A stretch of DNA of 64,000 bases. Origin: Gemmatales bacterium (GTDB lineage Bacteria > Planctomycetota > Planctomycetia > Gemmatales > HRBIN36). Numbering within the stretch: the first letter of the stretch is position 1; the number at the start of each line of letters is the position of its first letter. The notes under the pieces were generated by a model. That model ran no database searches and was not told where the DNA came from. It worked only from the letters and a program-made list of their open reading frames with translations. A program made the position numbers and the translations under genes. Positions 20,063-29,793 of the stretch are shown piece after piece. The stretch is from the NCBI GenBank assembly GCA_025060195.1, contig JANXCQ010000017.1, positions 18,479 through 82,478 on the forward strand. The letters are read 5' to 3'.

Positions 20063-20818
20063 CTATGGGATCGGGTCGCGAGCGATAGCGTCCTTAGGAT
20101 CTTGGGGCAGGAAGAGTCGGGTAATTTCTTGGGCTAAATAACGGACGAATTGCCGGCGGAAACGGTCGGGAGTAACGTCGGGGTCGGCGGCGACCGGAGC
20201 GGGATGGCGTGGATATTGCGCTTCTAGATGGGCCTGCTCGATGAGTTGGTTATAAAGGTCATCGGCATCGTTCGCTTGGGCCGCGGCCACGGTAACTTGC
20301 ACCTCGGCTCGGCCGCGATACAGCGTGCGATTGGAACGGCCTTCGTAAAGACTGGGATTGTTCAGTTCGACGAAAATGACCAAGTCAGCGCCTAACTCGC
20401 GGGCCATCTCGCTGGGATGCAGAGCTGACCATTGGTCTTGGCGTTCTTGCCAGCGATGCACTGTAGCGGCGGAGAGGATGACCAGGCGATCCCTTTGCTG
20501 GGCAAATTCCTTAGCTAACTCACGAGCCAAGGCCTCGTCTAACTCGCGGGGTAAGGGGCCAAGGTGGATTTGTGTCCCTATGTCGGCGTAACAAACCACG
20601 GCCACGCGGAGTGGTTCGTTGCGCGGTTTTTTGAGCTTGTCGCGATAGGCCAGCAGATCAATCACGGGAGGCTGGCGCATGTCTTGGCCCAGCATGGCCG
20701 CGGTAAAGTACACCAACGTGGGCAGTCGGCATCCAGCTAGGAGGGAACTCAGAAATAACCAGCCCCAAGCCCAACGACGGAGTATGTGGGCATCCCGCCT
20801 CCAGGTAGTATTCCCCAT
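20063..20818 (-). CDS. Hypothetical lipoprotein
   Basis: Lipobox LLAGC after a hydrophobic leader; GGAGG RBS. Confidence 0.7.
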   Translation of the reverse strand: MGNTTWRRDAHILRRWAWGWLFLSSLLAGCRLPTLVYFTAAMLGQDMRQPPVIDLLAYRDKLKKPRNEPLRVAVVCYADIGTQIHLGPLPRELDEALARELAKEFAQQRDRLVILSAATVHRWQERQDQWSALHPSEMARELGADLVIFVELNNPSLYEGRSNRTLYRGRAEVQVTVAAAQANDADDLYNQLIEQAHLEAQYPRHPAPVAADPDVTPDRFRRQFVRYLAQEITRLFLPQDPKDAIARDPIP

Positions 20819-20838
20819 CTTGGCCTCCTATCCTGCAC

Positions 20839-21426
20839 TTATTGTCCCCCGAGAAGGAAAATGGCTATGAGGCGTCCCGTCCAAGCACCTAAAACGAGTA
20901 GAAGAATGGCCCAGGCAGCAACCGTGCTCAGCCAATGCCAAGAAGGCAGGCCGCAGCGTTGCCCCGTCCATGCCGCCATGAGAAACCACATGCCCCCGAA
21001 GATGCATACGAATACCAAAATCGGTCCCGCGCTGTGGGCCCGCCAAGCCGCCTGCAAGTCCCCGTGCATACACAGGCTGAAGCTCGTGGTCAGGCCGCAG
21101 CTGGGGCACGGCAACCGCGTGGTGCGGAAGAAACCGCACGGTGGTAAGCCCAATTGCTCGTGCGTGCCGTAAAGGCGCGGCTGACCGTCGGCCTCGTATG
21201 GGTTCAGCCTATACGCGACGAGCAGCACCCCAAGCATGCCCAGCCCCACCAGTGTTAAGATGCCACGTTCCCATCGAGCTAAGACATTCGTCGGGTCGGC
21301 GAGGGTGACAGTCGGGATGACATGCGGTTGAGCATTTGGGGTACTCGGCTCGTTGCGACCATCGTTTGGCTCTGTCCAGGTTGGTGCTGGAGTATTTGAC
21401 GGCTCAGGTAGCCCGATCGGTTGCAT
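20839..21426 (-). CDS. DUF2752-like membrane protein
   Basis: GTHEQLGLPPCGF...PCPSCGLTTSF motif plus three TM segments. Confidence 0.8.
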   Translation of the reverse strand: MQPIGLPEPSNTPAPTWTEPNDGRNEPSTPNAQPHVIPTVTLADPTNVLARWERGILTLVGLGMLGVLLVAYRLNPYEADGQPRLYGTHEQLGLPPCGFFRTTRLPCPSCGLTTSFSLCMHGDLQAAWRAHSAGPILVFVCIFGGMWFLMAAWTGQRCGLPSWHWLSTVAAWAILLLVLGAWTGRLIAIFLLGGQ

Positions 21427-21500
21427 AGCGTGTTGCTCGGCGTTGACAAGCTCAACTGGGAGCTAGGCTTATTGTAGTTTACACGGGGTTTGGGCGCAAC

Positions 21501-21529
21501 TTGACAGAGTCTAACCAGCGGCAGATAAT
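21501..21529 (+). promoter_or_regulatory. Sigma70-type promoter of rnc
   Basis: TTGACA-17 nt-GATAAT. Confidence 0.7.
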
Positions 21530-21684
21530 GAGGCAGATAATCGCGTGGCGGGTCCATGCGCGGTGGCAGCAAGTGGGCTGCCGATTTCGCCTACACTTAG
21601 TAACGTACCCGGCGGCTGCTCCGCTGCTTGAGGCGCGTGGCCCACGCCTTGGAAGATGCTGCCTTGTCAGCGAGTCCTAGTCTC

Positions 21685-22416
21685 ATGACGGTGCCGACCG
21701 CTGCGTCGTCCTTGGAGGCTTTGTTAGAGGAATGTCAGCAGGCCATCGGTTACCGTTTCGGAAATCCGAAATTATTAGAGTCGGCTTTGACCCATGCCTC
21801 TACGGCGCCGAGTCGGCTGGGTTCCAATGAACGACTGGAATTTTTAGGCGACGCCGTGCTCGGGCTGATTGTATGCGAGCGACTGTATGAAAAGTTTCCC
21901 GACTATCTGGAAGGCGAGTTGACTAAGCTCAAATCGTTCATCGTAAGCAGACGCGTGTGCGCCCAAGTGGCCCAGACGCTGGGCTTAGAGCGCTTCCTGC
22001 GCGTGGGGCCTGGTATTGGTCGGTTCGGCACTTTGCCTGCGAACCTTTTAGGCGACGTCTTCGAGGCCATCGTTGGCGCTATCTACCTCGACGGGGGCCT
22101 GGAAGCCGCTCGAGCGTGGGTCTTACAGCACATGGGTTCCCTGATCGACCACATCGGCAGTACCGCCCCGATTGAAAATGCCAAGTCGTTGTTACAGCAT
22201 TTGGCCCAGAAACAGTTTGGCACTACACCTGCCTACCGCGTCCTCGATGAAAAAGGCCCTGACCATTCAAAATGTTTTCTCGTCGCGGCCTACTTGGGCG
22301 AGCAAGGTTACCCGCCCGCTTGGGGACGCAGTAAAAAAGAGGCGGAACAGAAAGCGGCCGCGAACGCTCTGGCCGTGTTGCATCACCAACCCGTACCGTA
22401 CCCGAGTCCAGGCTGA
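21685..22416 (+). CDS. rnc: Ribonuclease III
   Basis: NERLEFLGDAVL, DVFEAIVGAIYLD, dsRBD (GPDH, GRSKKEAEQKAA); start at 21685 or 21628. Confidence 0.97.
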   Translation: MTVPTAASSLEALLEECQQAIGYRFGNPKLLESALTHASTAPSRLGSNERLEFLGDAVLGLIVCERLYEKFPDYLEGELTKLKSFIVSRRVCAQVAQTLGLERFLRVGPGIGRFGTLPANLLGDVFEAIVGAIYLDGGLEAARAWVLQHMGSLIDHIGSTAPIENAKSLLQHLAQKQFGTTPAYRVLDEKGPDHSKCFLVAAYLGEQGYPPAWGRSKKEAEQKAAANALAVLHHQPVPYPSPG

Positions 22417-23204
22417 CAGTTCTGCCCCAAACCGAACAGGCGCTGTGCGTTGGCGGTACATTGCTGAGCCAGTTGCTCAGCATCTGTTTGACGGACTCGA
22501 GCCAAGCAATGCACTGTGTGAATGACGTGCGCAGGTTCATTACGGGAAATTCGCCCGCGCAGCGGGACGGGGACCAGGTAAGGACTATCTGTCTCGACGA
22601 GCAAGCGGTCGGCAGGGATGCGCCTGGCCAATTGACGCAACGGCTCCGCGTTTTTGTAGGTGACCATGCCCGCGAAGGAGACGTGCAGTCCCAGACTTAA
22701 GCCGACTTCGGCCGTGCTGGCTTGGCCGCTGAATGCATGGAGAATCCCTCGAAGCGGGCCATGATGTTCGTAGTCGGCGCGCAATACGCGCAACAAATCT
22801 TCCTCGGCATCGCGACAGTGAATCACCACCGGTCGGTTAGCAGCGCGGGCCAGCGCCAAGTGCCGAAGGAAATAGTCTTCCTGCACCTCGAACGGCGTGT
22901 AGTGCCAATAACGGTCTAAGCCCGTTTCCCCCACCGCGACCACGCGCGGATGTTCCACGAGGCGCTCTAGCCTCGACCAATCCCCCGGCTGGGCAGATGC
23001 GGCATAATTCGGATGAATGCCGACGGCGGCCCACACCTGGCCATAGTTTTCCGCTAACCGAATGGCTGACTCGCTCGAGGCCAAGGTTATGCCCACGGCT
23101 AGGATGCCGACCACGCCCGCAGATTGCGCGCGCTGGAGAACTTCCTGCAGGTCGTGGGCAAATGCCTCATCATCCAAGTGGGCATGCGTGTCGAACAACC
23201 GCAT
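22383..23204 (-). CDS. tatD: TatD family hydrolase/DNase
   Basis: DTHAHL, GIHP, VGETGLD, IHCRDA, LVETDSPYL, NEPA. Confidence 0.94.
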   Translation of the reverse strand: MRLFDTHAHLDDEAFAHDLQEVLQRAQSAGVVGILAVGITLASSESAIRLAENYGQVWAAVGIHPNYAASAQPGDWSRLERLVEHPRVVAVGETGLDRYWHYTPFEVQEDYFLRHLALARAANRPVVIHCRDAEEDLLRVLRADYEHHGPLRGILHAFSGQASTAEVGLSLGLHVSFAGMVTYKNAEPLRQLARRIPADRLLVETDSPYLVPVPLRGRISRNEPAHVIHTVHCLARVRQTDAEQLAQQCTANAQRLFGLGQNCQPGLGYGTGW

Positions 23205-23212
23205 AGCGGGAC

Positions 23213-23686
23213 TCACGCGGCAGGCGACCTGGCAGCGGTGCCTTTCCAACCGTAACGCTCGTGCAGCTGTTCCAGCATGGCCAAATGACGGCGTTTCATC
23301 GCCAGGATTTCTTCCACCAAGGCCTTCGCCTCGGCGTCGTCCAGTTCGGCCAAATCTTTCTCCAGTTCCCCTATCATCCAGCGTTCATATGCCACCAGCC
23401 GCGGCAACAAATGAGCTAGCGACATAAAATGGCTCTCGCTGAAACGTTCCTCAAACACCGCCTTGGCTAGGATACCTTTCCGCCGCAGAATCAGTTCGGC
23501 CAGGCGCTGCAGCATTTTGTCTTCTTCCTGGATGAGGCGTTGGATCTCCCGCCAGACGGTGCGTCCCTCCGCGTCGGTCCAAACCCAAGCATCGCGCAGG
23601 TACTGCAGGTACGATACTTTTTCCCGCGCAAAGATGCGGTTGAGCACGGTGAGCGTCGGGGGCAAGGATTCGATACTGGCACTCAT
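23213..23686 (-). CDS. Ferritin-like four-helix-bundle hypothetical protein
   Basis: Helical pattern with ELILRRKG and a C-terminal KRRH...L; ATGA overlap with nuoN. Confidence 0.55.
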   Translation of the reverse strand: MSASIESLPPTLTVLNRIFAREKVSYLQYLRDAWVWTDAEGRTVWREIQRLIQEEDKMLQRLAELILRRKGILAKAVFEERFSESHFMSLAHLLPRLVAYERWMIGELEKDLAELDDAEAKALVEEILAMKRRHLAMLEQLHERYGWKGTAARSPAA

Positions 23687-25290
23687 CGCGGCGACACCGT
23701 CAGACGCGGACTGATTTCATAGAAAGACGACACAGCTTTATTCGACCCACTGGCCAGCGGATCCCAGAAGAAAATTCCCACTACCAAAACCAGCGACAAA
23801 AAGCCCGTATAAACGAGGGCCAACCCCGAGACGGGTTTGCTCGCGGGTATTTCCTTTGGCTCGTGTAACACCATCACCTTCAGGACGTTTACATAGTAGA
23901 AGAGGCTCAGCACGGTGTTCAGCACGCCCAGAGCCAATAACACTAACAGCCCCGTTTGTTGCTGTGCCTGCCAGGCGTGATAAACGGCGGCGAAGATTTG
24001 GAACTTAGCCATGTAACCTGCTAGCGGTGGAATGCCCACGAGGCTGAGCAAGAAAATGGCCATGGTCACCGTCAGCCAGGGAGCGCGATAAACCAACCCG
24101 CTATAATCCGATAGGTCTTCGCTGCCTACCAGGTTACGCAGGAACGCAACCACGGCAAAAGCGCCCAAGTTCATGAAGAAATAAACCGCCAAGTAAAACA
24201 GGGACGCTTCTACTCCCTCGCGCGTCAAGGCACACAGCCCCATCATCATGTAACCCGCATGGGCAATGGTCGAATAAGCCAACAAGCGTTTGAGATTGGT
24301 TTGCGCATAAGCGGCCAAGTTGCCGAAGGTCATGGTCAACGCCGACAGAAACACGAGAGCGGGGCCCAGATACCAACTGACTTGCGCCCACCAGGGTGGC
24401 GCCAGTTCATGTCCTTCCAAACGCATACCACCCAGCAATGCGACCAGCACGCGCCCCAGTAACGCCACTGCCGCACCCTTAGAAGCCACCGACAGAAATC
24501 CCGCTACTTCAGCCGAGGCGCCTGCAAACACGTCGGGACACCAGAAGTGGAACGGTACGGCAGCGAGCTTGAACCCAATGCCCGCCAAAAGCAACAGCAC
24601 ACTGATCAGGGTGACGGCATCAAACTGTTGACTGCCGAAGGTCGCGGCGACGCTGGCCGCTACGTCGGGCAGAAAGCCCGTGCCCACTTTGCCCGCCAGC
24701 ATGCTAATGCCGTACAGCATTAATCCCGAGGCACCGCCGCCGTACACCACGTACTTCAAAGCCGCCTCGCTGGAATCGCGCCGCTGTTTCAAGAAGCCCG
24801 CCAAGGCGTAGCTGGGGAGGCTGGCCATCTCCACCGCGATATACACCATGAGCAAGTGCGCCGCCGACGCCATCAGCATCATGCCCAACGTCGCGCCGAG
24901 CAGAAGCACGTAGAAATCAGCGCTGTCATCAGGGTCGGGCACGCCGCTTAGTAAGCACAGCGCGACCATGAACAAGCCGAACGAGGTCAGGAACAACCGG
25001 AGATACACCGTGAACGCATCGTAAGCCAACATGTACGAAAACAAATAGCGCGTCTCGCTCAGGCCGCTGCTAGTCGGCTCCAACGTCTGGTCGGTCACCC
25101 ATTGCCACCATGAGACGACCAACGACAAGCCAAGCACAACCGCGGCCAGGCCACCAAAAGGCACACGCTCGCTGCCGCGGAACATCCGCACCATCAGGAT
25201 CAAAATGATGCCCAAGACGATAATCACTTCGGGCCCAAAAGCCAGCAGGTCGCGTCGTAAGACACGCACTAATTGTTCTGGACTAATCAC
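23683..25290 (-). CDS. nuoN: NADH-quinone oxidoreductase subunit N
   Basis: SSEAALKY, FKLAAVPFHFWCPDV, KRLLAYSTIAHAGY, GIPPLAGY.AK. Confidence 0.95.
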   Translation of the reverse strand: MISPEQLVRVLRRDLLAFGPEVIIVLGIILILMVRMFRGSERVPFGGLAAVVLGLSLVVSWWQWVTDQTLEPTSSGLSETRYLFSYMLAYDAFTVYLRLFLTSFGLFMVALCLLSGVPDPDDSADFYVLLLGATLGMMLMASAAHLLMVYIAVEMASLPSYALAGFLKQRRDSSEAALKYVVYGGGASGLMLYGISMLAGKVGTGFLPDVAASVAATFGSQQFDAVTLISVLLLLAGIGFKLAAVPFHFWCPDVFAGASAEVAGFLSVASKGAAVALLGRVLVALLGGMRLEGHELAPPWWAQVSWYLGPALVFLSALTMTFGNLAAYAQTNLKRLLAYSTIAHAGYMMMGLCALTREGVEASLFYLAVYFFMNLGAFAVVAFLRNLVGSEDLSDYSGLVYRAPWLTVTMAIFLLSLVGIPPLAGYMAKFQIFAAVYHAWQAQQQTGLLVLLALGVLNTVLSLFYYVNVLKVMVLHEPKEIPASKPVSGLALVYTGFLSLVLVVGIFFWDPLASGSNKAVSSFYEISPRLTVSPR

Positions 25291-25638
25291 CGCTACTTCT
25301 CTCCCAAGTCGCGGGAATCAATTGCACCGGGCAGTACGCCAGCACCGCTGTCGGGGCGCTGCTACTCTGTTTTAGCAGAGCGCTGTTGCTCGACCAGATG
25401 CTACCATCCACAACCGACTGGGCAGTTTCTCAACGGGAAATACTAAGTCCTATCGGTGGCTTGAGTCGCGGGCTACATGGGGCTAATCTTCGGCCGCGAA
25501 AGCCGCATGGTCCAGGTCGGCTTGCCAAGGTTGCGTAATTCGTTATGAGCACTTTTTCCCGAAGCGGAAAGCGCTGTCGGCTAAGTCGGTAACTCGGAGG
25601 CCGATAACTTCCCCGATCTTTAGACGAGGAGTACAGAC

Positions 25639-26403
25639 GTGGAGCTCGCCTGTTCCACCTTAGCATTCACGGGCCACAGCTTGCACGAAGCCCTGCGGCG
25701 GATAGCGGACCTAGGATTCACCCAGGCCGAATTGGCGATCCAACCGCACAGTCGCCACCTCACCGCCGAGCAGGTGTGCCAAGACTTAACTGGCACGCTC
25801 GAGCAGTTGCGGGGAGCAAGCGGAATCAGCATCGCGGCCTTCCTGGTGGAACTGGCAGATTACGATTTGGAGCTATGGCGCTGGCAGTTTCCTGAGATTT
25901 GCCGACTAGCTAACCTGCTGGGCATTGTGACCATCACGATATCGGCCGCGCCGCGCGGCACCGATTGGTCGCGGGAAGTGCAACGGCTTCGGCAAATTGT
26001 GACCTGGGCATTCAGTTACGGCGTGGTCGTATGTGTGGAAACCCGCACAGGCACGCTGGCGGAAAGCCCCGAGTCGGCGGTCGAATTATGCCGTTGCGTT
26101 CCTGGGTTACGTGTGACTTTCGATCCCAGCTATTTTTTGTGTCAGGGCTTGACCGAGAAATCTTGGGAGTCCATGTTGGCTCACGTTCACCACGTGCATC
26201 TGCGGGACAGCGGTACCAGTCCGGACAAACTCCAGGTCCGCGTTGGGCAAGGCCAAATGCCTTTCGGTCGTATCATTCAGCAACTGCGGCGCCATGATTA
26301 TCGCGGACTGTTGACCCTGGAAATGTTCGACCACCCGCGGCCTCCGTTTCCGCTGGAGCCGGAACTACGCACTCTACGCTTATTGCTAGCCGGCATGATA
26401 TAA
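25639..26403 (+). CDS. Sugar phosphate isomerase/epimerase (AP endonuclease 2 TIM-barrel family)
   Basis: CVET, FDPS, HVHLRD, VGQG, YRG.LTLE motifs; GAGGAG RBS. Confidence 0.85.
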   Translation: MELACSTLAFTGHSLHEALRRIADLGFTQAELAIQPHSRHLTAEQVCQDLTGTLEQLRGASGISIAAFLVELADYDLELWRWQFPEICRLANLLGIVTITISAAPRGTDWSREVQRLRQIVTWAFSYGVVVCVETRTGTLAESPESAVELCRCVPGLRVTFDPSYFLCQGLTEKSWESMLAHVHHVHLRDSGTSPDKLQVRVGQGQMPFGRIIQQLRRHDYRGLLTLEMFDHPRPPFPLEPELRTLRLLLAGMI

Positions 26404-26489
26404 TCGGCAACTCTCTTGTGCGCCCACTGCCACGTTAGCACTGCAGATTCTTCGCGCGAAATTCGGCGCGCATCCCTCGCATAACCAAG

Positions 26490-26561
26490 TGGGCGCTGCA
26501 GGGTTCGAACCTGCGACCCCTGCCTTGTAAGGGCAGTGCTCTCCCACTGAGCTAAGCGCCC
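26490..26561 (-). tRNA. tRNA-Val (anticodon TAC), CCA not encoded
   Basis: Reverse complement GGGCGCTTAGCTCAGTGGGAGAGCACTGCCC-TTACAA-GGCAGGGGTCGCAGGTTCGAACCCTGCAGCGCCCA forms a cloverleaf with T-loop GTTCGAA. Confidence 0.96.
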
Positions 26562-26757
26562 TAGGGTTTGTCGCCGTTTTAGGGAAATTTGTCCATCCTC
26601 CCTCAGAGTCTCCCACGCCGTATGGGTTTTTCCCATGCCCATTATTATAAGTTTCCGGTAGCCGCTTTGAACGCCAGCAATCTCCAAAACCCCAAAGACC
26701 TCCCAGAAAAAAGATAGTACTCACGATTCGATTCGCCAGAATGGGCAAATAACGAAA

Positions 26758-28869
26758 CTATGGCGCGACAGAAGGGCCACCGAAAACGAGCCGGCCATCG
26801 CCCAGGACGAAGCGGATGATTAGTTCGCGGTCAAGTTCGCTCAGAGGCAACCACGTGCATGCCTGCCGAAGGACTTGCCATCGCTCCTCGCGTTTGGGAT
26901 CGTCTTCGGGAACACGCTCTTGCAACTGTTGCAGCAGCCGTTCCAGATCGCGCTGCCAAAGAGCGGCATTGGTACTTTCCGTGTCGCGGAAAGCAGGCAT
27001 CCAGGCTCGTTTAATCGGATTCCGTGACCATCGAACCATGCTCGGACCGTAATAGCTCATCTCGAACGGTGCATGGAGCAAACCGCGCAGCCAGTCGGCA
27101 TCGCCGTAGCCCGTAAAATCAGGGCCCTTGGTGTCCCCTCCCCCTAGGCCGTTATAGGGATGGCAGCGGAGGCAGCGAGCTTCGAAAGCGCGGTAGCCGC
27201 GAGCGAATAAAGAAGGGTCTTTGTCGAAGGTTTCCCGCTCTGGTCCCTCGGACGGCACTGGACGACGCGGATGGCTCGCCAACCACTCGGCGATGAGGCG
27301 CAAGTCCTCTTCCAGTTTGGCTACGGCCTGGGGCGTTACCCCCGCCATACGCTCCTTTTCATCGGCTCGAGCGGCGCGGTCATATTCGCGGCGAAGCCAG
27401 CTAGCCATCTGCGGTAGGACTTGAGACTCAATACTCTTCTCGTCCCGCATGTTTTGCAGGAGCCGGTAAATCCAATCTGGCTTGGCGAAGTTTTCTAAAT
27501 CGGGAGCGACAGGATTGGAGGCGGGTATCGTCATGCCGAACGCATGGCAACTGGCGCAGTGGGTTCGATATAATTCCCGCCCTCGGGTTAGCGGGTCGCG
27601 GCGCAGTAACTCCGCAGCACCCTCAGCGGGAATGCCTTGAAAAGCAAGGATTATCGCGCGTTGTGCCAGTTGGCGTTGCTGATGAACTTCGGCGCGAAAT
27701 TTTTCTGCCGTCTCGGTCGGCCCGTAATCTTTCCACCACGTTCGCGCTATCAGGAACGATACTGCGATCGCCAAGCTGATTATCAAGACCACGCTAAGGA
27801 CATAGATTGGCTGACGCGCACGACCGCGACCTGCCAAGGGAAGCAAAAACAACACCAGGAATACTATCACTGGGCCAAATACGGTCGCCCACGCCGCCCA
27901 CGGGCCTTCCAAGCTTTGGCGTAGCTCAAACAGGAACCAATACGTCCACTTCGGTCGGGCGATGGGATAATCCCTGCTAGGATCAGCGGGAGCTTCTAAC
28001 AGCGCGCCCACGCCCCAACGGCCGAGCCAGGCAAAACGTTGCCACCAGGTCATCTCACTTGCAGTCATCGCATCGGGTTGCGACGCGGAAGTTTCGCTCG
28101 TGATACCAAGCGGCACGGCATTGCGCGTGAAGCATAGGCCGAGCAAGATGGACAAAACTACCAAGCGCGCTAAGACCTTGTGACCACCAGCCAACGAGCT
28201 TGGGAGCGAGCTCACTGTAATTGTCGTCGCACGTTGAAGATAACGCCGCAGAGCCAAACGGTGCCCCAACAATAACAGCGCCGTTATAGCCGGCAGGATG
28301 AAAACGTGCAGGGTATAAAGCCGCGTGAGGGTCAGTTGCCCTGCCTCGTTGCCAGCTTGCACCCATTGGCGCACCGCGGACCCTAAGCCCGGGATGCCGC
28401 CCACGATGTTCAATTCCACATGGAGAGCCCAGTAACCTTTTTGATCCCAGGGCAGTGGATTACCAGTAACGTCGTTGGCAAATGCCACTGCCAGGAGCAG
28501 TAACGCCGTCCACCACACCACTTCGCCGGGTGGTAAATGCAGGCCCACGAACACCAGGAACAACAAATATGCCGCCAATAGCACCAGGAACACCTGGGCC
28601 GCGAAATGGTGTAAAGCTCGAATGAGCCAGCCAAAGTGCATCTCGTACTGCAGGTAATAAACGCTGCCCCAAGCCGTGCTGACACCAGGACTATAAACCA
28701 GCATCAGCATTATGCCCGTTACCACCAGGACGATGAGAACACAGCTCAAGGCGCTGGCCCAGACGAAACGCCACGGTTGGCCAAGGCGTGAAATGTCCAA
28801 GGTCAGGATGTGCATTAATTCGCGATAGCCCAGTCGGTCATGGAGCCAATCGCGCAGACGCTGCCACAC
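26758..28869 (-). CDS. Cytochrome b/b6 fused to a two-heme cytochrome c region (atypical)
   Basis: TGIMLMLVYSP, AWGSV, LPWDQKGYWA, TLTRLYTLH; CASCH and CLRCH heme-c motifs. Confidence 0.9.
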   Translation of the reverse strand: MWQRLRDWLHDRLGYRELMHILTLDISRLGQPWRFVWASALSCVLIVLVVTGIMLMLVYSPGVSTAWGSVYYLQYEMHFGWLIRALHHFAAQVFLVLLAAYLLFLVFVGLHLPPGEVVWWTALLLLAVAFANDVTGNPLPWDQKGYWALHVELNIVGGIPGLGSAVRQWVQAGNEAGQLTLTRLYTLHVFILPAITALLLLGHRLALRRYLQRATTITVSSLPSSLAGGHKVLARLVVLSILLGLCFTRNAVPLGITSETSASQPDAMTASEMTWWQRFAWLGRWGVGALLEAPADPSRDYPIARPKWTYWFLFELRQSLEGPWAAWATVFGPVIVFLVLFLLPLAGRGRARQPIYVLSVVLIISLAIAVSFLIARTWWKDYGPTETAEKFRAEVHQQRQLAQRAIILAFQGIPAEGAAELLRRDPLTRGRELYRTHCASCHAFGMTIPASNPVAPDLENFAKPDWIYRLLQNMRDEKSIESQVLPQMASWLRREYDRAARADEKERMAGVTPQAVAKLEEDLRLIAEWLASHPRRPVPSEGPERETFDKDPSLFARGYRAFEARCLRCHPYNGLGGGDTKGPDFTGYGDADWLRGLLHAPFEMSYYGPSMVRWSRNPIKRAWMPAFRDTESTNAALWQRDLERLLQQLQERVPEDDPKREERWQVLRQACTWLPLSELDRELIIRFVLGDGRLVFGGPSVAP

Positions 28870-28920
28870 GGTTGCTACCCCGGTTGCGCCTGGTCGTGTT
28901 AGTGAGGCTCGTCGTTCGAC

Positions 28921-29586
28921 TCAGGCTTTAGGTATCTTCTCTGGCACATCGGGCACAAAATCTAGATAACGCACCTCAACAAAATAATCCTGCTTCTCGG
29001 CGGAACTACTCGGGTCGGCCACGAGGCGGATTTCCAGTCGGTCCATGGGTCGCGACGGCGGGCCCTCTAGAACTCGCCCCGATATATCGAAGGTGCCCGC
29101 ATGACAAGGACAGCTAAATCGTTCGTTCTCAGCGTCATAGCCGACCGCACAACCTAAATGCGGACAGACGCTGGTGAAGGCAACGAGCGTCTCATCGGGC
29201 TGGTTCGGGTCGAGCGGCCGGTGTACGTCAAGCACCAGCCAGACGCGGCCTATTATTTCGTTGGGAAACAGTGTCCATCCATCGCGACGGACGTCCCGAA
29301 TCACGGCTTCATAAACACGCTTGCCCGTTTTCGCCGATAATTTCCCCTGCAGGAGGATGTCGCTCAGTTTCGCGACACGACGAAATCCTTGCGGTCGAGT
29401 GGAGGGTCGTCCAGAACTCAGGAAATAGACTACGGTAGGCACCCCTAGCACTGCGGCAAGAACCGTTTCCAATCCGCGCAATAGCCAGCGCAGGAAACTT
29501 CGCCGATGCGGTAGCGAAGCCGACGTCGGCGAACTCGCTGAGTTGGCAACCCCGGGGGATGAGCCGAGTACGTCACCTTCGGACAT
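28921..29586 (-). CDS. Rieske 2Fe-2S subunit of a cytochrome bc-type complex
   Basis: Tat motif RRSFL plus TM helix; CPHLGC and CPCH boxes; GPP..P. Confidence 0.93.
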   Translation of the reverse strand: MSEGDVLGSSPGVANSASSPTSASLPHRRSFLRWLLRGLETVLAAVLGVPTVVYFLSSGRPSTRPQGFRRVAKLSDILLQGKLSAKTGKRVYEAVIRDVRRDGWTLFPNEIIGRVWLVLDVHRPLDPNQPDETLVAFTSVCPHLGCAVGYDAENERFSCPCHAGTFDISGRVLEGPPSRPMDRLEIRLVADPSSSAEKQDYFVEVRYLDFVPDVPEKIPKA

Positions 29587-29793
29587 ACCAATAGCTCACG
29601 ATTAGCTACTCGCCGGAAATCATGACGTCTGAGGCCATCATTCTCCGAGGATTAGGCACCTATCCACGTTCACAAAGATTTCCCTGCCTTCGGGAAATTA
29701 TTCCAGGCGAAGTTGGTCAGGAATTAGCAATGCAGGTGGGGGCGTTGCTTTCATGGGCCGGTGTAACCATAACACTGGTCTGGGGGGCTAAAG

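Noticed and set aside
25440-25620. Short hairpins upstream of the isomerase gene considered as a c-di-GMP-I or other riboswitch
   Set aside because: The conserved GCAAA..GNRA..GACGCAAAG core is absent; the stems are short and expected at this GC content.
26298-26748. ORFs 26298-26687 and 26386-26748 on the minus strand
   Set aside because: They span the tRNA-Val gene and show no protein motifs; spurious.
26400-26760. tRNA-Val as a possible integration site for an island
   Set aside because: No integrase and no duplicated tRNA 3' end were seen; the flanking genes are ordinary metabolic genes.
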